DNA from: a virus
Taxonomy: Duplodnaviria; Caudoviricetes
Strand: one strand, 5' to 3'
DNA length: 25,041 nucleotides
IMG/VR virus record: IMGVR_UViG_3300025508_000142
Coordinates: 1-25,041 of that record
Below are positions 18,113 to 25,041 of the stretch, in pieces. Each line of letters begins with the position of its first letter. The stretch's first letter is position 1. The notes under the pieces are model-generated. The model was not told the origin of the DNA, did not search any database, and saw only the letters and a list, made by a program, of their open reading frames with translations. Made by a program: the position numbers and the translations under genes.

Positions 18113-18139
18113 AAGCCCCTCAATAGAGGGGTTTCTTTT
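18113..18139 (+). terminator. Probable intrinsic terminator before the tail fibre gene
   Basis: AAGCCCCTC-aata-GAGGGGTTT followed by CTTTT. Confidence 0.7.
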
Positions 18140-18159
18140 ATAACTTAATAGGAGTCCCT

Positions 18160-19371
18160 ATGGCTTACTCTTATGTGTCATATATAGCCAATACAGGTCA
18201 GACACAATTCACAATACCCTTTTCTTATCTGGACAAGGCTCACGTTAAGGTTAAGGTTAACGGAGTATTTGATACAACATTTAGTTGGTATTCCGACACT
18301 CAGATTCAATTATTAACTACATCAAACTTAGACTTGGTGTATATATTCAGAGAGTCTTCTCCCGATATTCGGTTGGTAGACTTTGTTATTCCCGGTCAGC
18401 TTACCGAGGAAGATTTAGATACAGCCTTTGATCAAGTACACAACTTAGCGCAAGAAGCTATTGACCAATCTAAATTGGGAATCTTTGAAGATGTAGCGAC
18501 AGGTAAATTCTCAGCTAACAATAAGCTAATATCGGATGTGGCTTATCCTATATCAGATGGGGATGTCGTAACTAAATCATATGCTGATTCATTATTTCCT
18601 AACCAAGCTGCCGTTACCGCAGACATAACATCTAAACATACAGACGTTGTTATTAAACACACAGACGTTGTTAACATTCGTGACGATCTTTATTCCCTTA
18701 CAACCAGCATGACTTCTCTTCCATATGGTGCAGAGGGTTCTGTATCGTACAACGCTAGTACAGGTCTACTTACTTTCTCTTTATCTGAAGGCCCTCAAGG
18801 CCCTATTGGAGCAACTGGCCCATCAGGCCCTGCTGGATCTCAAGGCCCTGTAGGTGTTCAAGGTGTCATAGGCCCCGAAGGCCCAATAGGCCCTCAAGGT
18901 GTCATAGGCAATACAGGCCCTGTAGGTGATCAAGGTGTCACTGGAATACAAGGTACGACAGGCCCAATAGGCCCAATAGGACTGCAAGGTATCCAAGGAG
19001 TAACTGGTAATACAGGAGCAGTGGGTGCTACAGGACAGACAGGAGCGCAAGGTGCTACTGGTGACGATGGCCCATTAGGCCCAACAGGTTCTCAAGGCCC
19101 AATAGGTTCAACAGGCCCTACTGGCCCGTTAGGCCCACAAGGTATTCAAGGTGACTTAGGTAACCAAGGCCCTGACGGTAACCAAGGTACTATAGGCCCA
19201 ACAGGTTCTACAGGCCCAACAGGTTCTATGGGGCCGACTGCATTAGGTCTAGCCTTCGGTACTTTCTCAATGAGTCCCACAACAGGAATGCTATCCATCG
19301 AATACTACGGTGATGCGGCAGACCAAGACTTCTCAATTAATTCTAATGGTGAACTAGAGGTAACAATCTAA
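18160..19371 (+). CDS. Tail fibre protein 1: T7 gp17-type N-terminal anchor plus collagen-like segment
   Basis: F.IPFSYL...HVKV.VNG...RLVDF...LTEEDL......QEA.D anchor domain, then 50 uninterrupted Gly-X-Y triplets. Confidence 0.92.
   Translation: MAYSYVSYIANTGQTQFTIPFSYLDKAHVKVKVNGVFDTTFSWYSDTQIQLLTTSNLDLVYIFRESSPDIRLVDFVIPGQLTEEDLDTAFDQVHNLAQEAIDQSKLGIFEDVATGKFSANNKLISDVAYPISDGDVVTKSYADSLFPNQAAVTADITSKHTDVVIKHTDVVNIRDDLYSLTTSMTSLPYGAEGSVSYNASTGLLTFSLSEGPQGPIGATGPSGPAGSQGPVGVQGVIGPEGPIGPQGVIGNTGPVGDQGVTGIQGTTGPIGPIGLQGIQGVTGNTGAVGATGQTGAQGATGDDGPLGPTGSQGPIGSTGPTGPLGPQGIQGDLGNQGPDGNQGTIGPTGSTGPTGSMGPTALGLAFGTFSMSPTTGMLSIEYYGDAADQDFSINSNGELEVTI
18633..18674 (+). repeat. 21-nt tandem duplication ([14 protein letters not shown])
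   Basis: taaacatacagacgttgttat and taaacacacagacgttgttaa, 19/21 identical. Confidence 0.9.
18790..19239 (+). repeat. Collagen-like Gly-X-Y repeat, 50 triplets
   Basis: 450 nt, GPQGPIGAT...GSMGPT, counted directly. Confidence 0.97.
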
Positions 19372-20114
19372 TGCCAACTTTAAATATAGGTAAGGTACGC
19401 ATTGCGTTTAAAGGCCAGTGGTCTTCTTCAACTGCATACGAAACCTTAGATGCGGTTGAATACCAAGGTGCTACATATGCAGCCCTTCAAGATTCAGCCG
19501 CTGGTACAGTTCCATCTGCTCAAGCCGCTGTGTGGCAGCTTATGGCTGATAAGGGTACTGATGGTGTAACAGGCCCAATAGGTAATACAGGCCCCCAAGG
19601 TACAACTGGTGCTACAGGTGCGGTTGGCCCTCAAGGCCCTCAAGGCGACACGGGCGCTCAAGGCCCTATCGGTAACACAGGCCCCACTGGAGGAACTGGA
19701 TCAACTGGATCACAAGGAATACAGGGTGATACAGGCGCACAAGGCCCTCAAGGTACGGCTGGTGGAGATGGAGATGATGGAGTCCAAGGAGCCACAGGCC
19801 CTACTGGCCCTCAAGGCGATACTGGTACTACTGGATCACAAGGCGTACAAGGATCACAAGGCCCTACTGGCCCTCAAGGTGATACAGGCCCCGCTGGCCC
19901 TACTGGCCCCCAAGGTGGAACAGGGCCTCAAGGTGATGTAGGTAATACTGGTGCTACTGGCCCCGCTGGCCCTACAGGTGCTGCGGGTGGTACAGGAGCT
20001 ACAGGCCCACAAGGTGCTACTGGTTCTACTGGTTCTACAGGAAGCACAGGCTCTCAAGGCCCAGTTGGTGCTACGTTCTCAATGTCGGGAACTACGCTGA
20101 ACATCACTACATAA
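19371..20114 (+). CDS. Tail fibre protein 2: small N-terminal beta domain plus collagen-like segment
   Basis: [10 protein letters not shown]...[12 protein letters not shown]...P....W resembles CBM5/12-like modules, followed by 58 Gly-X-Y triplets. TAATG-coupled to fibre 1. Confidence 0.85.
   Translation: MPTLNIGKVRIAFKGQWSSSTAYETLDAVEYQGATYAALQDSAAGTVPSAQAAVWQLMADKGTDGVTGPIGNTGPQGTTGATGAVGPQGPQGDTGAQGPIGNTGPTGGTGSTGSQGIQGDTGAQGPQGTAGGDGDDGVQGATGPTGPQGDTGTTGSQGVQGSQGPTGPQGDTGPAGPTGPQGGTGPQGDVGNTGATGPAGPTGAAGGTGATGPQGATGSTGSTGSTGSQGPVGATFSMSGTTLNITT
19554..20075 (+). repeat. Collagen-like Gly-X-Y repeat, 58 triplets
   Basis: 522 nt, GTDGVTGPI...GPVGAT, counted directly. Confidence 0.97.
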
Positions 20115-20125
20115 GGGGGTTATAT

Positions 20126-20662
20126 ATGAGTCAATCAATTAACTTCGGAAATGTTAGCGCGGTAACCTTTAACGGCTCGACTGTGGCAAAGGTTAATCTT
20201 AATGGCTCCCAGATATGGCTAGGAGGATACTCTTCATCATTTGCTTCTGGGAGCCGAAACTTTCCCGGTAGTGATAAGTTCGGAGCCAACCAAGAGAAAG
20301 GATTTAGTGTATTAAATACAGGATCATTAGCTGGATCTTTAGCTCCTATAGGTAGCAGACCCGCTAATTATAAAGGCTATAGAATCGATGAAGTTCTTTC
20401 TCACTACTGGTCTTCCGGGCAATCGTCTGGTACTGAAGTTTGGATAAAAATGGCAGGACATCATAGTAGTAGTTTCTTGGGTAATGTCAGGATTAATGGT
20501 CGAGCAATGGGAGGCCCCAATAGCGCTACCCACGAGAATTATTCAGGCTTGACAGGGCACACAATAAGGCCCAGTGGCAGCTTTACTTGGTATAGGTGGT
20601 ACAACTTTAGTGGATTAAACTCACTCCTTTCCCCTAACCCATCAACACTTCAATTAGGCTAA
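20126..20662 (+). CDS. Putative fibre-tip / receptor-binding protein
   Basis: N-terminal V.FNGS.V.KV.LNGS.IW beta repeat and a Gly/Ser/Asn/aromatic-rich body. Directly follows the fibre genes. Confidence 0.55.
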   Translation: MSQSINFGNVSAVTFNGSTVAKVNLNGSQIWLGGYSSSFASGSRNFPGSDKFGANQEKGFSVLNTGSLAGSLAPIGSRPANYKGYRIDEVLSHYWSSGQSSGTEVWIKMAGHHSSSFLGNVRINGRAMGGPNSATHENYSGLTGHTIRPSGSFTWYRWYNFSGLNSLLSPNPSTLQLG

Positions 20663-20666
20663 TCCT

Positions 20667-21209
20667 ATGTATATGAATATTGAATATGTCACGGACGCTG
20701 ACTTTGAAAGCATGTGGGTTCAAAGTATAAAACACATGACTAGCAGTACCTTTTCTCCACATGTAATAACCCAAGACGAAGATGGTAATTATTGGGCAGA
20801 TGGTCAAGTTCCTTTTAAAGAGTTTATAAAAGAATCTATGCAGATGAATCCTTGTATGGTGTTTAGAGAACATGCAAATGCTGTGGCTTACGTTGCCTTC
20901 TCAGGTGAGAAAATAGATGACATCTGGCATTCTATTTACTTTATGGCTGGCCCAAAAGAAGGGTCTACATCAATGGCTTGGATATACACGGAGATTGCTC
21001 TTGTAAGCTATGCTCGTCACAAAGAGGTCACACAGCATACTGGACTATATGGAATGAACATGACCACGTCTAGCGAAGAATCTTCGTTAAATGCTTTCGT
21101 TATTAAATGGGGAGCAAAGCGTGTAGGAACTAGCCCTACTGGTGGCCCTATGTGGCAAACAAGATGGCGACCAGAGCGTGAGGATATTATTCCTTATGAC
21201 CTTAGATAG
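20667..21209 (+). CDS. Hypothetical protein, possible divergent GNAT fold
   Basis: MNIEYVTDADFESMW (beta1-alpha1-like) and GLYGMNMTT....SLNAFVIKWGAKRVG (motif-B-like). No clear motif A. Confidence 0.5.
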   Translation: MYMNIEYVTDADFESMWVQSIKHMTSSTFSPHVITQDEDGNYWADGQVPFKEFIKESMQMNPCMVFREHANAVAYVAFSGEKIDDIWHSIYFMAGPKEGSTSMAWIYTEIALVSYARHKEVTQHTGLYGMNMTTSSEESSLNAFVIKWGAKRVGTSPTGGPMWQTRWRPEREDIIPYDLR

Positions 21210-21388
21210 TGTGGTCTAGTCCTGTTGGACTGCCCCTAGTTCACCAAAGCACTTCCTTGCTGCCAGAAGGGAAGGCTTTAATTGTCGAACCTGTGGTGGC
21301 AGAGAAGCCCATCGAATATCTAGTAGTACAACCCTCAACCAAACCTTACGAAACCCTAGAATATAGCAGGAGGTATTGGCGATGCTAA
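21209..21388 (+). CDS. Small hypothetical protein (59 aa)
   Basis: GTG overlaps the upstream TAG (TAGTG). MWSSPVGLPLVHQ...YETLEYSRRYWRC*; fills the gap and overlaps the next start. Confidence 0.6.
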   Translation: MWSSPVGLPLVHQSTSLLPEGKALIVEPVVAEKPIEYLVVQPSTKPYETLEYSRRYWRC

Positions 21389-21822
21389 TAGAAATTGCAG
21401 CGGCAAATGCTATCTGGAAGACGCTATCGACTGCTTTGAAGAATGGACAGCAGCTATACCAATTAGGTACTCAACTGAATGACTACCTATCAGCTACACA
21501 GAAAGTAAAAGAGAAAGCTGGAGATGCCAGCAGCCGTGGCACAGCATTAGAATGCTTCCAATATGCCGAGCAGCAACGAATTCAGCGTGAACAGCTAGAG
21601 CATCACCTAAAAAAATCCAGACTCAATGGGTGGAGTGACTTCGTAAAATTTGAGGCTGAGTGGCACAGGCAACGCAGAGAAGAAGCGCAAGAAAAAGTCA
21701 ATGAGCGTATCAGAAGAAACGCAAAGTTACAGAAAGACATAGAGCTAGGAATCAACGTAGGCATCTTCATGATTATAGCTATGGGTCTTCTATTTGGAAT
21801 CGCTGTATACATTAAAGGGTAA
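21382..21822 (+). CDS. Hypothetical membrane protein (helical, one C-terminal TM segment)
   Basis: AGGAGG 21368-21373 supports ATG 21382 (MLIEIAAANA). C-terminal LGINVGIFMIIAMGLLFGIAVYI. Confidence 0.8.
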   Translation: MLIEIAAANAIWKTLSTALKNGQQLYQLGTQLNDYLSATQKVKEKAGDASSRGTALECFQYAEQQRIQREQLEHHLKKSRLNGWSDFVKFEAEWHRQRREEAQEKVNERIRRNAKLQKDIELGINVGIFMIIAMGLLFGIAVYIKG

Positions 21823-21826
21823 CATC

Positions 21827-22054
21827 ATGTCTAACATGTCGGACTATGACGCGGGACGCTTCGTTACTCTAGTAGAGAACTTAGGCGCACAGGTCGAGTC
21901 GCTAAATAATACAACCGTCATCCTATCCAAACGGGTAAATGACCTAGAAAAACAGCTAGTCAAAGGCAAGGGATTCCTTGCTGGTGCTATGTTGCTATCT
22001 ATCGGTCTAGGTGGTGTCGGTTCATCAGTCCTATCCAAATGGTTAGGCTCTTAA
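21827..22054 (+). CDS. Small coiled-coil protein with C-terminal TM segment (lysis-cassette associated)
   Basis: Start moved to ATG 21827 just after the previous stop. Heptad-like V..L..QV..L...V..LEK, then GFLAGAMLLSIGLGGVG. Confidence 0.7.
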   Translation: MSNMSDYDAGRFVTLVENLGAQVESLNNTTVILSKRVNDLEKQLVKGKGFLAGAMLLSIGLGGVGSSVLSKWLGS

Positions 22055-22066
22055 CAAGGAAACATT

Positions 22067-22459
22067 ATGTCTATCAATCCTCTTGCGGGGATTGCTGGAA
22101 GTGTGATGGATGGCCTTGATGATTTGTTTACGTCAGACGAAGAGAGGGCTAATGCTCGACTCAAGATGACAGAAGCATTACAGAAACCCCACGTTCTACA
22201 GGCAATGGCTAACATCGAAAGTGCTAAACATTCGTCTGTGTTCGTGGCTGGTTGGCGACCTGCAATAGGCTGGGTATGTGCAATTGGTCTTGGTTACCAG
22301 TTCCTAATCCTGCCATTTGCTGGACTCATCAACGCATACATCGATTTACCAGCAGAACTTCCTGCTATCGCATCCGCTGAACTAACAACACTCGTAATGA
22401 GTTTATTGGGCCTTGGTGGCCTACGGTCATTCGAGAAATCTAAAGGACTTACCAAATGA
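22067..22459 (+). CDS. Holin, 3TM / GTA-holin family
   Basis: S.FVAGWRPAIGWVC and LLGLGGLRSFEK.KG signature motifs. Confidence 0.88.
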   Translation: MSINPLAGIAGSVMDGLDDLFTSDEERANARLKMTEALQKPHVLQAMANIESAKHSSVFVAGWRPAIGWVCAIGLGYQFLILPFAGLINAYIDLPAELPAIASAELTTLVMSLLGLGGLRSFEKSKGLTK

Positions 22460-22701
22460 AGAAGAAGACCAGTGCAGATCTTAAAGGTCTGCTAATTATA
22501 TCCCTGTGTGACCGGGTGGCTAACGGTGAGGTAGACCCTAGGTCTGGTGAACGTGTCGATGCCCCTGCCAGCACACTGAATGCAGCCGTTAACTTTCTCA
22601 AGCAGTTCCCACCAGAGGAAATGGTAACGAAGACAGACAACAACCTGTCCGATACCTTGAAGAAGTACACCAACGTAATGCCTATCAAGGCGTCAAACTA
22701 A
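22456..22701 (+). CDS. Terminase small subunit, T7 gp18-like
   Basis: A.ASTLNAAVNFLK motif. Directly upstream of the large subunit; ATGA overlap with the holin stop. Confidence 0.75.
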   Translation: MKKKTSADLKGLLIISLCDRVANGEVDPRSGERVDAPASTLNAAVNFLKQFPPEEMVTKTDNNLSDTLKKYTNVMPIKASN

Positions 22702-22738
22702 AAGATGGGGCCTTGCGCCCCGTCATTAAGGTAAGCAT

Positions 22739-24634
22739 ATGCTCCAACCCCTTATGATTGATGGAAGGCCCCACTGGGAGGCCAGCTTCCCCGAAGAACT
22801 GTGGCCCTCGTTTGAGGAATTCCGTAACTTCCTTGCCATTGCTTGGCATCACCTAGGACTACCTGCCCCTACAGAGGCACAGTATGAGATAGCCCACCGA
22901 CTACAGTATGGTTATGACACGGCAGAGGCAGAAGAGTTAGATAAACATAAGCTTGTCTCCCTATTTGATAACCCCCGTGAGGATATCGTCCGATGTTTCC
23001 GTGGTGCTGGTAAGTCGTACATCACATCAGCCTTCGCTATATGGCGATTGAAGCGTAACCCTAGGGATGAAAAAATCCTGGTAGTATCAGCCGCTGGTTC
23101 AAAGGCAAAGGAATTCGTATCGCAGACTAAAGGCATTATTGCATCGATGCCCATCCTCCAATGGCTTATAGACGGGCCTCGTGAGAAAGGAGCAGCGAGA
23201 AGAGATCAGGCTGACCAGTTTGATGTCTCCAGTAGTTCGCTGTCACAAAGCTATTCTGTAGCTGCTAGGGGTATAACCTCACAGATCACGGGAAGTCGTG
23301 CGACTTTATTGATCGCAGACGACATAGAAGTAGAGAAGAACTCCCTCACAGAGGAAGCCCGACAGAGAATCGTCAGGGTCGTACAGTCTGACTTCGTGCC
23401 TATCACTAAGACAGAGCATGGTAAGGGTGACATCATCTTACTCGGTACACCGCAGACGGAAGAATCTATCTACAACGTACTCGTTAAGTCCATGCAGTTT
23501 AGGACATTCACTATACCTGTACGTTATCCCGTACAGGACAAGCTGAAGAACTACATCCTGCGAGATGAAGAGACCGGGGAAGATGTAAACATACTGGCTC
23601 CGTATCTAAGGCGTAAGCATGACCAAGGTCTACTAGAGTATGGCGGTGTGACAGACACACGGTTTGGTCATGACGAGATGGTGTCCATTGAATCTAAAGG
23701 CAGGGCTACCTATGCCCTCCAGTACATGCTGGATACTAGTCTGTCAGATGCTGAGCGTTACCCACTGAGACAGTTCGACTTAGTTGTGTTCTCTACCAAC
23801 CCCGTTAAGGCCCCGTTACAGGTGCAGTGGGGAAGAGACAGTGACAAGAAGAACCAGATCCGTGACATTAGCAACCTAGGGTTCTCTGGTGACCACTTCC
23901 TTCGTCCACTATTCACCGACACTGAGTGGGAACCTTATGACGGTACGGTGCTGTTCGTTGACCCCGCTGGTCGTGGTAAGGATGAAACAGCATGGGCTAT
24001 CGTAGCGACTCTTAACGGCATCATGTATGTCCTCCATGTAGGTGGATTCAAAGGTGACCCCGCAGAGGCCATGCAGCAGATAGCTATAGATGCTAAACGC
24101 TTCTCGGTTAACGTGGTAGAGGTAGAACCTAACTACGGACAGGGACTGTGGGTTACATCATTCGGCCCTATCCTTCAAAAGGTATGGCCCGGTGGTTGTA
24201 CAGTACAGGAATCTGAGTGGGCTAAAGGTCACAAGGAAGGTCGTATCATCGATACCCTTGAGCCTGTCATGACGCAACATCGTCTAGTTATGGATGAGTC
24301 GTTAATCAGGTCTGACGTTAAGAACCATGACCATGTGTACTCCCTTATGTACCAGCTAACCCACATCACCCGTGACCGTGGATGCTTAAAGCATGACGAT
24401 AGGGTAGACGCTTTAGCAGGAGCCGTAGCCTACTGGCAGAAGACGATGGGTCAGTCTGTCGATGAAGCTAGGCAGGGCGTGTTGGATGATCGGTGGGAGC
24501 AGGAGATAGAGGACTTTATGGGTATGGCACAAGGCGGCTTTAAGGGCAGGGAACTAGGTGGCAATGTAGTGTCCATCAGAGGCCGCAGGAGAGCCGATGG
24601 GACTCGTTCAGAAGTTACCCAACGCGTGACATAG
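22739..24634 (+). CDS. terL: Terminase large subunit, T7 gp19-like
   Basis: FRGAGKSYIT Walker A, ITGSRA.LLIADDIE Walker B, LGTPQTE, VDPAGRGKDET, KEGRIIDTLEP and HDDRVDALA motifs. Confidence 0.97.
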   Translation: MLQPLMIDGRPHWEASFPEELWPSFEEFRNFLAIAWHHLGLPAPTEAQYEIAHRLQYGYDTAEAEELDKHKLVSLFDNPREDIVRCFRGAGKSYITSAFAIWRLKRNPRDEKILVVSAAGSKAKEFVSQTKGIIASMPILQWLIDGPREKGAARRDQADQFDVSSSSLSQSYSVAARGITSQITGSRATLLIADDIEVEKNSLTEEARQRIVRVVQSDFVPITKTEHGKGDIILLGTPQTEESIYNVLVKSMQFRTFTIPVRYPVQDKLKNYILRDEETGEDVNILAPYLRRKHDQGLLEYGGVTDTRFGHDEMVSIESKGRATYALQYMLDTSLSDAERYPLRQFDLVVFSTNPVKAPLQVQWGRDSDKKNQIRDISNLGFSGDHFLRPLFTDTEWEPYDGTVLFVDPAGRGKDETAWAIVATLNGIMYVLHVGGFKGDPAEAMQQIAIDAKRFSVNVVEVEPNYGQGLWVTSFGPILQKVWPGGCTVQESEWAKGHKEGRIIDTLEPVMTQHRLVMDESLIRSDVKNHDHVYSLMYQLTHITRDRGCLKHDDRVDALAGAVAYWQKTMGQSVDEARQGVLDDRWEQEIEDFMGMAQGGFKGRELGGNVVSIRGRRRADGTRSEVTQRVT

Positions 24635-25041
24635 GGTAGGGGAAACGAGGCGTCAGCGAGGCGTGGGGAGGTAAGGTGCTTTCAAAAATACGGGAAGATT
24701 CATATAGGCATATATCCCCCCGCGCGAGACGCAGCGACCCCCCGCCACCCCCGGCAAACGCTGAGAGCCGACAGCAAATTTAGTTCAGATCTGAGCGAAA
24801 ACGAAAGGGCCGGAATTGTGCCCGATTGAGTAGATAAACAGACATTTAACAGACAGTCACCGCGACAATGGGCTAAACGCACCGTATACCGTGGGCTTAT
24901 GACTGTAAACAGAGTTTATTATAGATTCTTTGTATTTAATTTTACCCTCATTTTAACCGTATAAACCGGACTCTAGCCCATACGGGCTGGACGTATCGGG
25001 TATTTTTGGTGGACGCGTTAAGACGCGCACCACTGTTTTTT
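24635..25041. other. Non-coding region after terL, probably near the genome right end or terminal repeat
   Basis: No credible ORF. G-rich then C-rich tracts, short direct repeats and hairpins. terL lies near the right end in T7-like genomes. Confidence 0.55.
25007..25041 (+). terminator. Possible intrinsic terminator
   Basis: TGGTG-ga-CGCGT-taag-ACGCG-CACCA followed by CTGTTTTTT to the window end. Confidence 0.45.

Noticed and set aside
19609-19941. 110-aa alternative-frame ORF (LALKAL repeats)
   Set aside because: A by-product of the periodic collagen codons, with no RBS or independent support.
18790-20075. CRISPR array or DGR template/variable repeat
   Set aside because: The repeats are 9-nt-periodic coding triplets. 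There are no spacers, no adenine-specific repeat pair and no reverse transcriptase in the window.
88-21826. Track start codons at 88, 2590, 7049, 9549, 21376 and 21794
   Set aside because: Downstream ATGs (100, 2611, 7079, 9612, 21382, 21827) have better RBS or stop-start coupling and avoid long overlaps.
312-23436. Numerous minus-strand ORFs of 60-112 aa in the track
   Set aside because: All lie wholly or largely antisense to well-supported + strand genes and lack recognisable motifs, so they are shadow ORFs.
24700-24882. 60-aa minus-strand ORF after terL
   Set aside because: Opposite to all other genes, crosses low-complexity C-tracts, and has no motif support.

Overview
The window is the right-hand part of a T7-like podovirus genome (Autographiviridae-like gene order, probably aquatic or marine). 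All credible genes lie on the + strand and no host genes are present. It opens with the end of a nucleotide-metabolism block (nrdB C-terminus, phoH, HNH-like protein, DUF3310-like protein, thyX) closed by a terminator. The virion module follows: gp6.5-like, GNAT, small basic proteins, portal, scaffold, major capsid, tail tube A and B, and three ejection proteins, one with a C-terminal lysozyme. Next come a three-part collagen tail fibre with a second GNAT-like gene, a membrane/holin cassette, the small and large terminase, and a probable genome-end non-coding region. The most notable signals are: (i) apparent total avoidance of GGWCC and strong depletion of CCWGG; (ii) a roughly 260-nt highly structured capsid-gene leader; (iii) two GNAT-fold proteins plus Met-Cys/Met-Gly-starting virion proteins, a possible virion acylation system; (iv) a daisy-chained collagen fibre; (v) a nozzle protein apparently lacking its central domain; (vi) three small ORFs missed by the ORF track. 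Family assignments come from motif recognition and synteny only; no database searches were run.
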